Below, piece by piece: positions 51,716 to 64,000 of a stretch of 64,000 nucleotides of DNA. The position numbers and the translations under genes were made by a program. This stretch comes from Octopus vulgaris. Its lineage: Eukaryota. Positions within the stretch are counted from its first letter, which is position 1. Each line of letters begins with the position of its first letter. The DNA lies in NCBI GenBank assembly GCA_951406725.2, contig OX597829.1, positions 19,716,001 to 19,780,000 on the forward strand. The letters are read 5' to 3'. The notes beneath the pieces were generated by a model that was not told the DNA's origin, did not search any database, and was given only the letters and a program-made list of their open reading frames with translations.

Positions 51716-51943
51716 ATATATTATGGAGATGTACTTGCATAGCAAGTGACTGATCTGAGATTGTGTGCTGGAACAAAAACAATTGCAGCATGGAAGGTGT
51801 TTATAAGCCATTTAAAAACACACAAAAACCGTTAGATTCTCTTCAACATTTAAATTTAATTTGCCAAAATATTTTCGTCGCTTTGAGACCACAACCTGTT
51901 CACTGACAAAATTCCTGGAATTTTGTCAGTGAACAGGTCGCGA
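51716..51943 (-). mobile_element. Penelope-like terminal fragment with a 45-bp terminal palindrome (51894-51938)
   Basis: TA-flanked; same family as 62127-62376. Confidence 0.65.
51860..51910 (-). ncRNA. Hammerhead-like motif with a G3-C8 core variant
   Basis: Minus strand: tttgtca GTGAACA g gttgt-ggtctcaaa-gcgac GAAA atat TT tggcaaa. Confidence 0.55.
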
Positions 51944-53800
51944 TTAATATTCAATAATTTCTTATCACATTAGTTATAGAAACACATGTAATGTTCCAAC
52001 ATGGTCTTGCACATGACATCTAAAACTTTCTCAGATAAGTTACCTTTTCAGAAATTGAGATACGTAATCATATGCCTGAGTGCCGTTTGGGTCAGTCTAT
52101 GAAGGTATTTTTAAAACCCTTTTGTTATTATGTTTCTTTTGAAATACACTGCCTTTGGTCCAGTTAATTTTGAAAATAATGAAGAATTTAATAAAATGAT
52201 TTTATCACTATTAAGCTGGTGTTTTGAACTTCACTTTATGTAAAATTTTGAAGAAAGGTTTTAATCTAGATCACTCTAAAACAAGAAACCTGCATCATAA
52301 AACCAGTAGTTGTCTCAGGCAGTTTGGTTCAAGGAACTATTTGGGATAGTTGGTACATGAATTTTTGTTACCTTGCTGAATTTTAGAACTAAAGATGCCT
52401 GATGTGGTATAAAAAGGAATGTCAAGTAGAGGAGTTAAGGAATTTGTTCAGTGTCTAGATGTGTATTCATCAAATGGATGTATTACTTATAAATCTGTTG
52501 TGTTTGAAAAGTAATCCATTGTAAAAAGCTCATAATATTAAAAAGGGATATTCTGGCAATGATCCTGAATATATTGCTGCAGTTAGAGTGAGTTATGAGG
52601 CTGTACATTACACACTTTTCTTTGGTAGAAGTTTCATTTCCAAATGAATACCTACTTTGTGGCAATGGATCATGTCCTCATGCTGTGGTGTTTTTTTTAA
52701 AAATCTATATATCCACATAGGGGGTACAATGTCTGAAGGATTATGCAGCCTATTTTGATGTCTCTGTAGATATTTATTATATATATGTTATGCACCAAAT
52801 CACATTCTCTTCTATCATTGTTGTTCCCTTATAGCTGTGTAGCAGTGTTTTTTGGTTACTGTTAGTATAATGCTACTTTTATATGTTTCTTATTTGCATA
52901 TTTTACTTTTTAAGTAGGGATATATATTGATAAACCCGTCACTTATAACTTACTTATAAGTGTTATCATTATACGTAAATCATAACTCCAGCGACATAAA
53001 CGCCTTAGCGAGAAATATATTCTCTGAAACACTAAGACATTCTATGCGTGCATGTATGTTGAAGATAAATAATTTTGTGTTCTTTTAACCACTATAAAAA
53101 ATGTACAGTTTCATAATTACAGAAATAAATTTCATTAACAAGTTGAAGAACGTGAAGGAAGAGAAAATAATTACTACATTATTTTATTTATGTACATTTA
53201 GCATTTTTAATATCTATGATACAATTTGAAGTAAAGTAATTTTGTTGTTGAGAATTACGACTTAAAATTTACACTAGCTAATTCTTCATACTAACTATAT
53301 AGATCTCAACAATTCAAACAAGTCTTGTTGGATTTTTCATAGACATGGCATAAAAAAATAACCAATGTCTCAAAGGAGCGAGTGTCGTGGAGTTTAGTAA
53401 CATCCCACAAAACACTAAAGTTTTTCCCCCAAATCCAGGGTTTTTATAACTGCTCAACTTAACTTTAAAGAATTGAAATCACATAAAAATATTCTTTAAC
53501 TAATTTTCCGAATTCCTATCTGAGCAGTTATTTCAACCAATGGGAAAACAACAATCATATTTCTTCGGCAATACGACATTACGTCATATTGCCAGCTACC
53601 ACAAATTGGCGCTACTATTTGAAAATGGCTACACTCTACAGCTGATACTTAATTACACATCTTCCATGATCTCTCCCAATTTTGGTCTCATGAAATGTGT
53701 ATAGTATTGCAAATTTGCAATTCATATTTTATAGACTTGGTACTTGTTAAACACTGTACTAGTACAATATATTAAATAAAATTTTTATTTCTATATGTAG

Positions 53801-53888
53801 ATTTCAAGTTCAGTATGGCCAAAGAGCACGTACCGCATTACCCTATGCTATGAATAGTGAATTTTCTCGGGAATTGAGTCTTCAAATG
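53801..53888 (+). CDS. VAMP7: VAMP7 coding exon 4
   Basis: tgtag|FQVQYGQRARTALPYAMNSEFSRELSLQM|gtatga; 88 nt. Confidence 0.95.
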
Positions 53889-55232
53889 GTATGATAACAG
53901 CTGTTTCTATTTTTGTTTAATATTATTTCATGGATTTTATATTCTGTTGATGCTCATCATCACCATTTAGCATCCGTATTCTATTCTAGCATATGATGGA
54001 TGGTTTAACAGGATCCAACAGGTCAGAGGCTTCTGTTGAGCTCCAGTGTTTGCTTTGGCATGGTTTCTGTGCCCAGACGCCCTTATTAATGCCAGTCGTT
54101 TTACAGAGTGGACTGGGTGTATTTTCATGTTACCAGCACTAGTGAGCTTGTCAAATAACTTGCAAGACAAGATCCTTTGATTGAGGGAGGTGGCTTATGT
54201 CAGGTGTTGAGAGAAAAGAGTACGATAGAAGGATAAGAACAGGTGTTTTGTTGCAGAGGAGATACATGGCTACCCTAGCTGGAAAATGGGAGGAAATGGT
54301 GATGATGAGATGTCAAGATATATCCTCAAGGTGCAAGAATATGAATGTGAGGTGGATAGGGGAAGCAGGCCTGATAAATTTGCAAGAGGGTAAGGTGAGC
54401 AACACAATGGTTAAAAGTAGGGAATATAGAGATATAGGCGATACAGAGAATGGCAAACAAGGAAGGGAGCATAGCCATCATCATCATTGCTTAATATCTG
54501 TTTTCCATGCTGGTATGAGTTGGGCTGCTTGATAGGAGCTGGCAAACCCACTGGCTTGCCAGCCAGAGGGCTCTGACTGTCAGTTTTGACATGGTTTCTA
54601 CACAAGATGTCTTTCCTAATGTCAACCATTTTACAATGGTACTGGGCATTTTTATGTGGCATCTGCACTAGCGGTATCACCAAGTACTTGCAACACAAAG
54701 ACCTCTCAACTAAGAGAGAGACTGGAATCAAGGGAAATGGCTGTCTGCCAGGCAAGAGGTTAGAGTATAATAGACAGACATAGTTGTCTTATACAGGAGA
54801 TACTAGGTTATCTCAGCAGGACAAGAAATGTGAAAGAGAGAGAGAAATATAAACAGAGTGAGAAAGAGAGAAACAGATGCTGTTAGAAATGCATTGAAGC
54901 CTACCCACAAGGAACAGTGGGTGGAGTATTATAAGTAGTACTGAGGGGATAGAGGATGTCCCATAATTCCTTCAATCTCTCTTAGGAACTCTCAAAATAA
55001 TCTATACAGAAATCAAGATTTGGTAATTGAAATGTATATTAAAGAAATTTATTGGGCAGGAAATACATCCATTAATTATTATTCATTCTTTGAAAATAAA
55101 TGAATAAAATCCTTTTAAAAAATAATTAATTTTAATATTTAGATGTCTGCACTTTCAAATATATTACCTGTTGATCTGATATGATTTTGAAAATTTTTTT
55201 TTTGATTTCATTTTATTTTGTTTATTCTTTAG

Positions 55233-55323
55233 CGATACTACTCGGATGTGAAAAATACAGACAAACTGGAAAAAGTTAAAAATCAAGTTGATGAACTGAA
55301 AGAAATTATTGTGAGAGATATTG
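55233..55323 (+). CDS. VAMP7: VAMP7 coding exon 5, SNARE motif start
   Basis: ctttag|RYYSDVKNTDKLEKVKNQVDELKEIIVRDI|gtaagt; 91 nt. Confidence 0.95.
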
Positions 55324-56989
55324 GTAAGTAATAAGAGAAAAAGTAAAACACAGTTAATTTGCAGTGATTGAATAAAATGAATTGAGGATGATTATTTGGT
55401 TGTGCAGTGTTAAATTGTCAGAAAAGTATATTTCCATGCCATTTTGTTCTGAGTATCATTGAGATGTACTACTATTACACATTTCTCCCCAATAACATCT
55501 TAATTACCTCAAGTAGTACTCAACCTTACAATCTGGAAAACCTCATATCTCTTATTTCCATTCTACAGAACATGAGCAAACTTATTTTCAGCTTCTCTTG
55601 GTACCAAACATGACACTTAGCTTCTTTTCAAGTCAGCTGATATTGTTTTTTGTTGTCTCCCTTACTTTCAATCTTCCCAGATCTGTCACTTAGAATTTAC
55701 AACAATCTGTCTATCCTGTTTCCTGGGATCTATCTGACTTGTGCTTGATTAGTTGTTGATCTGGTCAATTTTCTGAAATTAGTGTTGTAAATGATTTGGT
55801 ATCCTACTCATTCCCCACATCCACAGCCATTATGTATAGTAATAATGAGGCTACTGTCATGTTTTAAAGATAGTCTACTGAGGAACCTCAACAAGTCTTA
55901 CTGCTGTTCGTCTGCCAGTCCTGATTGTGGTGCATATACAACAATAAATATCACTGTTATATTATCCATGATTAACCTAAGATTAATTTCTTTATCATAC
56001 ACTCTCATGTCTTGTTCACTTTATAATGGAAGGCAAGGTTTACGATATCGGAAGAATATTGTCTTCTTCCATCATCTTCTTGTTCTTTATGTAGTTCAGG
56101 CTTCTGGCAGGCAAAGAGAAAAAACTTCAAGGACAAATGCTATTTACAACTAGTTTTATTTACAAGTTTTACAGGATAGGTGAAGTATGCTGCTCTCAGC
56201 AACCATCTTTAGCTGTGTGCATTGTGTAGTAGCTCCATTAGTGCAGGCACATTGCCTCCGGAGATACAATCTACAGACAGGACCAGCCACTGGTGGTGTT
56301 CGGCAAGCGCTGCTGTGAAGTGGTGCCAAAAGAGACAGGTCTGAATCAGGTTTTCCCTTTATATACAATTTGCCATTGTGAGCCTCATTGTGATCTCGTG
56401 CATGGCAAATGGTTGCAGGTGAGGTCTCATCCAATATGGCGCTGACTGCTTGTGCCACTACAACTTCATTAGTTCATTTCTCTTGCATTGTTATTACACC
56501 CACCCTCCAAAAAGAAAGAAAGAATTTGTACCTTTGTCATTGTCCATTACTTGTGGGGAGCCTGGTTGAGGTTCCCCTCCATCTTCTTTCCTGTATAATC
56601 TCTCTTTACGTATCCTTCATGGTGTTCATGGCAGCAATCTTAAACCCTTGAACCAGACATGAAGTTGTAAAATACATGTGCCTGATGGATTGATTGATAC
56701 CAGTTTTCTGTATCTGAATTGAAGAAAGTTTGTACTATTCCATAGTGATGATTAGATGTGAGGTTTTCACATATGACTAGATGTTTCCACCAATTGATAT
56801 ATTGAGACACTTTTTTCCCCCCCCTTACTCACCAGCAAATTACTATCAACACTTATTATTAACATGGTGACTATTAGTCTCTGTTGTTTGGAATGTTAAG
56901 TGGTATGGGAGGTTGAACTTTCTTTTGCTGGGCTCAAATCTCATTTGTGAACCCATGGTAAACAAATCTCCACCAACTGATCTGCCTAT

Positions 56990-57245
56990 ATGTCTGTGCA
57001 CACCTTTGAATGCAATGTATGCCAGAAGGTTTGCAAATCTAACGGAGGCCTCAAAAGACATTTTAGGATCCACAAAGATCAGAACTTACCTGCAGCTCTT
57101 GGTGGTCCAAATTTGATACGTAATCTATGTGGATATCTTTTCAGAACGTTGTCTTGTTTAAAAAGCCACATCAGACGCCATGATGGTTCTAAGGTGTAGG
57201 TACAGGAGGTGGTCAAACTCTGTATAAGGAGTAGACAACTACCAT
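56990..57245 (+). mobile_element. RTE-like LINE 3' end with C2H2 zinc-finger remnants
   Basis: FECNVCQKVCKSNGGLKRHFRIH plus a second degenerate finger (..SHIRRH), then a short 3' UTR. Confidence 0.55.
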
Positions 57246-57304
57246 GTATATGTATATATAAAGGTTATTATATATACATATAAAGGTTATATATATAAAG
57301 ATTA

Positions 57305-57615
57305 AAGACCCCCTTCAGTCATGAATGACCATGGGATTGCACCTAGAAAGTTCCCCTCAAAGGCACAAGTCCAGGCAAGGTTGTTTATGGAAGACCAGCT
57401 GTTGCCCATGCATACCAGCCTCCCCTCTCTACGCCACTGATGTTATCCAAGGGAAAGGCAAAGGGATCGATACAGCTTGGCACCAGTGATGTCACAACTC
57501 AATTCTACAGCTGAGCGAACTAGAGCAATGTGAAATATAGTGTCTGGTCCAGAATTTGAACTCACTACCTCGAGTGCGAGCCTGACACTCTGACCATTGA
57601 GCCTTGTGCCTTCAC
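57305..57615 (-). mobile_element. tRNA-headed SINE with a distinct (possibly RTE-derived) 3' part
   Basis: Minus-strand head ggctcaatggtcagagtgtc..gagttcaaattct; core related to SINE family B. Confidence 0.6.
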
Positions 57616-58067
57616 CATATAATTTTATATATATGTATATATAAAATTCTACCATGGAAGGCAGATGTTAAACAACAACAACAACAATGATGATGATGAT
57701 TAAAAAAAAAATCAACATTTAACATCCATTTTCCATGCTGGCATGGGTTGGATGGCTTGAAAGAGACTGGCAAGGCCAGGAACTGCACCAGGTCCAATAG
57801 TCTGTTTTGGCTTGGTTTCTATGGCTGGATGCCCTTCCTGATGCTACTCACTCCACGGAGTATATTGGGTGCTATTTACATGGCACCACCACCCACACCA
57901 ATGCTTTTTTATGTAGTACATTGGTTTTAGGATCTTAATTCTGTTGTGGTGGGTGGGTCTTGTCAGTACAGCAATGTACCACATATGATCTTTTTTAACT
58001 GGTTGGAGTCCTTCATTCTCAGCTGAAAAGAAGTCATGCTTCAAGGACAGCATTCTTCACCCATGAG

Positions 58068-59070
58068 ATGTCATCTGGTGTACCACAAGGATCTGTTCTT
58101 GGTCCCCTATTGTTTGTTGCATACATTGACATAACTACCAACTTAAAGAATGCCACAGTGTTGAAATATGCAGATGACATCAAGCTGTACCTTGAGGTAA
58201 AAAGGAAAGATCCTGAACACTATAGATCTTTCCTGCCATCAAACCTGGACACAATGCAACAATGGATCATGTACTGGCAAATCAAGCTGGCTGTGGACAA
58301 GTGTACCACCATGCACTTTGGGAGGAAAAACCCAATGTCCACATACTCTCTTCACAACACTAATATCAAGCAGTCTTCTTGTGAATGTGACCTGGGCATT
58401 ACCGTCAGCAGCGATTTATGCTGGACAAAGCACATCTCTGAAATTGTCAAGCAGGCCAAGGATATCTTGGCATCACTCAGCAAGACCTTTATCAGCTGCT
58501 CTTCAGCTATCTGTTTAAGGCTGTATATGGCTATGGTGCAACCACACTTGGAATTGGCATTACCAGTTTAGAACCCCTATCTTGCTCAGGACATCGACCT
58601 CCTGGAAACTGTACAGAGACATGCAGCCAAGCAGATACCCTCCATCAGGCACCTACCATACTCTGAAGCTCCGACAACTGACTTGGCAAACACCCACAAA
58701 ATAATTATTTATTGCGCCAACAACCACCTTGAACAACTTTTTGAGCTCCATGTGTCTAACACATGTGGGTATGTCAGAAAAAAGCACAGCTCCCATGACT
58801 TGCGGAAACGTTTTTTCACACTCAGAGTTGCTGAGCCATGGAACAAACTACCTGAATCCGTTGTTAGTTGCTGAAACATTGCATCCTTTAAAACCTCCAT
58901 GCTTCTTGAAATTTGCCAACACAGCACTTGATATTCCCCACTCCATATGCATGCAAACATGTATATCATGACTCATGCCCTGTTCACTTTCCTGACTTTT
59001 GTACATAATTCTATGTACTGTACATGCACCTTTGATGAGTTGTAGTGCACCTGAGCACTATACACAATAA
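58068..59070 (+). mobile_element. CR1-like LINE, 5'-truncated RT fragment
   Basis: SGVPQGSVLGPLLF, YADD, KCTTMHFG, DLGI and RKRFFTLRVAEPWNKLP motifs; in-frame stops. Confidence 0.9.
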
Positions 59071-59096
59071 TTTCATCATCATTATCATTATTGTTG

Positions 59097-59132
<36 letters not shown>

Positions 59133-59879
59133 CTTGGTCCTTTGTCATCTTTGTAAGGTTCAACATTTTGAGATCAGCCTTCTATACTTTGTCCCATGTC
59201 TTCCTGGGTTTCCCTCTCCCACACACACATACACGTATATAGGGATAAACATACATGTCTCCTTTGAATTTCTTGACAAAAATAATCATCACCTTTAATG
59301 ATTTCATCATCAAGGATATAATTAATTTTAATTAATCAAGCATTTTTTCCCTCCACTTAATTACATTGTAGCTTAATAGTGCTTCACAAAACATTTGGAA
59401 ATGAAAACATCATTTGAATTTTGCATTAGGAGCTCTACAGTAAAATTTTTATTATCTATATGACATGGTTAATATATGTGTATCATTGAAAAACCTGAGC
59501 TGCATTTTTCTTTCCAGGAAAAATTCCTTTTATAGTTGTATTGCATTAAAACTTGCAATATCCTTCAGAGTTAGGCAAAACAGAACCACACTGGAGGTGA
59601 CAAGTGCGACAGATGTGCTTTGAAATGTTTTTGCAGCTTGTCAATGTCACAAACTTAAGTCGCTTCCAAAACAAGATTGAATTGGCCAGACTGAAGTATA
59701 TAGAGACAATGTATAAACAATATATTGGCTTACAATGAAGTTGTTCAGGCTGAATAAAAGTCAAATTATGCAATAGAAGCCACTGTAGAGTATAATTTTT
59801 ACCTATATTACATACTTAGTGTACATTGAAAGTGTACACAGTTTTCATTCAGCAAAAAAAAAATCCCTTTATGGATGTA

Positions 59880-60280
59880 GGTACATGTGTGGCTCTGTGG
59901 TAAGAAGCTTGCTTCTCAACTGCATGATCCTGGGTTCAGTCCCACTGCGTGGCACCTTGGGCAAGTGTCTTCTGCAATAGCCTCAAGTCAACCAAAGCCT
60001 TCTAGGTGAATTTGATTGATAGAAGCTGAAAGAAGCCTATTGTATATATATATATATATTTCCTTCCGGTCTTTCAAAATGTGACCTCGTGTGTACCGTT
60101 GGTGATTTTTTTTCCTCTGTCTCCCCTTCTCTGGATCTTTCCTTCTCCTATGTTTCCGACGAAGAGCTCCACTCGAAATGTTAAACCCTCCTTCTTTCCT
60201 TCTTTCCTGAGCATCCAATAATACTATATTTGTTCCACGTCCTTGCGTTGTTGTGTTTTTTTGTGCTTTCGTGTTTGGAT

Positions 60281-60332
<52 letters not shown>

Positions 60333-60770
60333 TTTTCCTTGTTTTGTATGTCCTGTACTCTATTTTTTCGTTGTTTAAAAGAAATGTCCATTTCCTTGGA
60401 TTTGTGTTTGTTTTCGTTTCTCATTGTGTTCGACGTTTTTTTGGTGTCCTGTATCCATATATGCATGTATATATACATGTAGAGGTAGGTACGTACATAT
60501 ATGTATGTATATATGCATATGTTTTATTTATTAATTTATATATATGTGTGTGTGTGTGTGTGTATGTCTTCGTGTTGGTGTTTGTCCCCTTGCACAGTTT
60601 GACAACTGGTGCTGATGTGTTTACATCCCCATAACTTAGTGGTTTGGCAAAAGAGACCAATAGAATAAGTACCAGGCTTTAAAAAACAAAATAATAATGG
60701 GGTCAATACCTTTGACTAAAAATTCTTTAAGCATAGCTGCAGTGTAACGACTGAAATGCGTAAAAGATAT
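59880..60770 (+). mobile_element. SINE family A, split by two Penelope-like terminal fragments inserted in its TA tract
   Basis: Head 59880-60045, tail 60560-60770; inserts at about 60060-60285 and 60330-60460. Confidence 0.75.
60152..60186 (+). ncRNA. Minimal type I hammerhead-like motif (degenerate)
   Basis: gttt CCGACGA a gag-ctcca-ctc GAAA tg TT aaac; stem I gttt/aaac. Confidence 0.5.
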
Positions 60771-61285
60771 AGTGTTTTAAAAAACACTGTGTTTCAGAGC
60801 TAAATAAAACAAACCACAAAAATGACAAAATGCACATCTATCACTTAATAATCACTTTCTGGCAATTTTCTTTTGCTTCACCCAGAAGTATATTATGTTT
60901 TTAACACAATGCATCTGTGAAGAGATTTTTTCTTCCCTGATGAAAAATGTAGTTTCAGGCTTTTCAATAATACCCATATGTTAAGTATGTCATAAAGATA
61001 AAGAAAATATTATTATTGAATTCGGTATCACTATAATATTATGATTTTGTTTACTATATCCTTTTTCATTCTATCAAAATTACCCTTTTGAATAGCCAAA
61101 AATGTATTATCCTGGCAGATACAACAATATAACAGTAAAATTTCACCAAGCTGACTCTAATATATGATTAGAGCCATTTCAATTAATTTAGTTAACAATA
61201 AGCATATTAGAGACAGCATAAATATCCATACATTTTTTTTTTCTTTGCTACTTCATGCTGTTAATTCTTTTTTTTTTTTTTCCAG

Positions 61286-61353
61286 ATCAGATATCAGACC
61301 GAAATGAGAAACTAGAGCTTCTAGTTGATAAAGCAAATAATCTAAATGTAAAT
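61286..61353 (+). CDS. VAMP7: VAMP7 coding exon 6 (zero-layer Arg)
   Basis: ttccag|(D)QISDRNEKLELLVDKANNLNVN|gtaagt; 68 nt. Confidence 0.95.
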
Positions 61354-62126
61354 GTAAGTAGTTTGATCTGTTGTACTTTAACCCCCATAGCATTCATAAT
61401 AGCAAAATGTAGCTGTTATAAATACAGCCAATCTTAACCTTGTTGATGTGTTACTTTCAACAGCAAATAATGTCTTACTAAATCTCATAAATTACGTTGT
61501 TTCACTTTCTTTGTTTATCAATTTACATTTTTTAAAGTTAGAAATGTAAGCTATTTTCTGAGCTGCTGTATTGTTCCAGAGTTTTTAGCTTATATTTAGA
61601 CCAAAGTAAGTCTGTGTAGATATGCTTGCTTCACAACTTATGGTTTTGAGTTTTGTGTTTGATACAACTGTATTAAAATCTTTTGAGAGATAGTCTTCCC
61701 CAGGCAAAAAATGTAAACAACCTAGCATAAGTTAGTGGCTAGCAACTTCAGATGTAGAGGTAGAAGGACTCAAAGAAACTAGCCAGTCTGAAGAAAAAAA
61801 AAAGGTATGGCAACTCAAAGACCCAGCTGACCATGAGAAATTCAGAAACATTCTAATTGAAGCTTCTGGTAAAAAGGAGTTTAAAATGTATAGTATAGAA
61901 GACACCTGGAAGTTCCTACAGCACAACTTACAGGGAGCTACAGACCAAATCTATGGCTGGTGTGAAGTCCTAGCCAGAGCAGGGATGATGTGGTTATGGA
62001 ACGGTGTTGTAGAGGGGGGCTATAAAAGCCAGAAAGACAAACCTGGAAGGTTTGGAAGAAAAGGGGTAGTGGATCTATAAACTATATATATATACTTTTA
62101 TTAAAGTCAAAATACATATAAACAAT

Positions 62127-62310
62127 TGCAGTGTGAAAGATATTTGTAAGACATTCAAGAACACACAAAAACCATTAGTTTCACTTTGGCATTTAATTTT
62201 CATTTGTGTCAAAATATTTTTGACAAAACATGATGCTAAATTAAATTTTGAAGTGAAACTAGTGGTTTTTGTGTGTTCTTGAATGGCTTACAAGTATCTT
62301 CCACACTGCA
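62127..62310. repeat. Inverted repeat with arms of about 90 bp (same family as 51716-51943)
   Basis: tgcagtgtgaaagatatttgtaag..aagaacacacaaaaacca.. mirrored; centre tgtcaaaatatttttgaca. Confidence 0.8.
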
Positions 62311-62442
62311 GTTCTTTTTGTTTCAGCACACCATCTCAGACCAAGTCACTTGCTATGCAAGTACATTTCCATAATATATATATATATATACACATGTCTA
62401 AACACATACTTACAATATACTTTCTCTTTTATTTCCTAACAG

Positions 62443-62535
62443 TCAGTATCTTTTAAGAAATCCAGTGTCAATCTTGCTAGATCACTGTGGCGGAAAAATG
62501 TAAAGATTTGCATTTTAATATTTATTGTCATTGTG
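62443..62535 (+). CDS. VAMP7: VAMP7 coding exon 7 (SNARE end, start of transmembrane helix)
   Basis: ctaacag|SVSFKKSSVNLARSLWRKNVKICILIFIVIV|gtaagt; 93 nt. Confidence 0.95.
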
Positions 62536-63339
62536 GTAAGTTAAATCAAAACGTTTTTGCTTTTCTTTATTTTTGTTATTCATTGATTCAATGTGTTAAA
62601 TATATTTCACCAGAAGATTTAGCTTTCATTGTGTCAACATTAATAGTGGCTGACCTATGTAAAAATGAACCTGAGAGATAGAAGGTTGTCATAGCTGGCA
62701 GTGAGATTACTGAATCACAGACACTGGGTGCCTGCCCCTGGCACTACTCTTATTGTGTGTAGTACTAACACGATGAGTGTTATTCTTGTTAAAACAGTTT
62801 GTTATGCATCATTGTACTTGCTGTGCTGCATGGCTGGTTGAAAGCGGCTTTTTTTCCAGTTTAATATCCTTTCCTGTTACCAGTCATTAGCAGAATAGAC
62901 TGGTTATATCTGTCATTGACATTAGAAGACCTGCCTGGTTGGACTAAGAGACCTTTCTTGTCTGTATCTATACTACAGTAAGGAAAACTGCTTAATAATT
63001 AGTTAGGAGTATATGTAACTTTTACTAAAAGCAAGCAATTATTAAAGTCTCCACTGTCTAGAAAATTCTAGAGCCTCACGTGTATGGGGAAACCTACTTT
63101 TTTCTGTTGAGGGCTTATATACCCCATTATTAGACTATTTTCTTTAGTCATTGTGCGGTAACTATAAGCTTCAAGCTTATAAAATACTATTATTATTATT
63201 TACAGAATTGTAAAACTCAACACTGCTTAACAAAATCATTTGCAGTAAAAGCACATGAAAGTTTGTTTACAAAAACAACTACAAACTAATATAGTTCTTA
63301 AATCTGACAGAAAAATTAAAATATTTTTTTATTATTTCT

Positions 63340-63553
63340 TTACTACTCACAAGGGGCTAAACATAGAGGGGACAAACAAGGACAGACAAAGGGATTAAGT
63401 CGATTGGATCAACCCCAGTGCGTAACTGGTACTTAATTTATCGACCCCGAAAGGATGTAAGGCAAAGTTGACCTCGGCGGAATTTGAACTTAGAACATAA
63501 CGGCAGATGAAATACCGCTAAGCATTTCGCCCGGCGTGCTAACGTTTCTGCCA
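63340..63553 (-). mobile_element. tRNA-derived SINE family C, well-preserved copy
   Basis: Minus strand tggcagaaacgttagcacgccgggcgaaatgc..gttcaaattccgccgagg; CpGs intact. Confidence 0.8.
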
Positions 63554-63912
63554 TCTTATTTCTATGCATGTATATACTGATCAAGAATTTAGTTTGAATG
63601 TTCACTGCTGTCTACTTACTGTCATATGCAGAGGATAGGAGGAGGGAAATTCAGCATAAGTAGGGTAGAATCATAGTGATATGTGTGTGTGTGTGTGTGT
63701 ATGTATGTATATTATTATATGATTGAATGCCATGCATCCGTTTCCAACTGAGTTTTATCTTATCTATCTATATATATGTGTGTGTGTGTGTAGGTGGATA
63801 TGTAGATAAAAACTGAAATGTATTTGTGACTGTTTTACGTTTCTTATCCTTATTGTAAAATATGAATGAGAAATGTCCTTCTTTTTACTGATTTATTTAT
63901 TTGTATTTGCAG

Positions 63913-63978
63913 GTTGTTTTGTACCTGATAATATCGATTACATGTGGTGGACTTGATTGGCCATGCACCAGGAACTAA
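63913..63978 (+). CDS. VAMP7: VAMP7 last coding exon
   Basis: ttgcag|VVLYLIISITCGGLDWPCTRN*, the typical VAMP7 CGGxxWPxC lumenal tail; total CDS 660 nt. Confidence 0.95.
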   Translation, partial: VVLYLIISITCGGLDWPCTRN

Positions 63979-64000
63979 TTATGGACATGAAAGTCCAAAT

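Noticed and set aside
56990-57199. Host C2H2 zinc-finger gene
   Set aside because: One intact and one broken finger followed by a LINE-like short tail, with no splice sites; better explained as an RTE-like C-terminus

Overview
AT-rich, repeat-dense eukaryotic genomic DNA. The SINE/LINE repertoire, (TA)n/(CA)n load and gene structure suggest a coleoid cephalopod such as Octopus; this is an inference. Two protein-coding genes are well supported, both on +. One is an intronless thymidylate kinase (DTYMK, 36340-36972). The other is an 8-coding-exon VAMP7 (46594-63978, 219 aa; all junctions GT-AG with consistent phases). Both first coding exons are preceded by splice acceptors, and the only promoter-like CpG-retaining domain is at about 18.6-24.5 kb. 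DTYMK may therefore be an alternative terminal exon inside VAMP7 intron 1, sharing a non-coding first exon. The rest is transposon-derived: tRNA-SINEs, RTE and CR1-like LINE fragments, a near-complete mariner, a hAT/Charlie relic, HINE-like elements, and an L1/Tx1-like insertion with a 14-bp TSD and a 3' stem-loop array. The most striking non-coding signal is a series of (TA)n-flanked long palindromes from several unrelated families. Most carry a type I hammerhead ribozyme fold typical of Penelope-like element termini, and one has a compensatory G3-C8 core swap. All structures were read by eye; no searches or folding programs were run.
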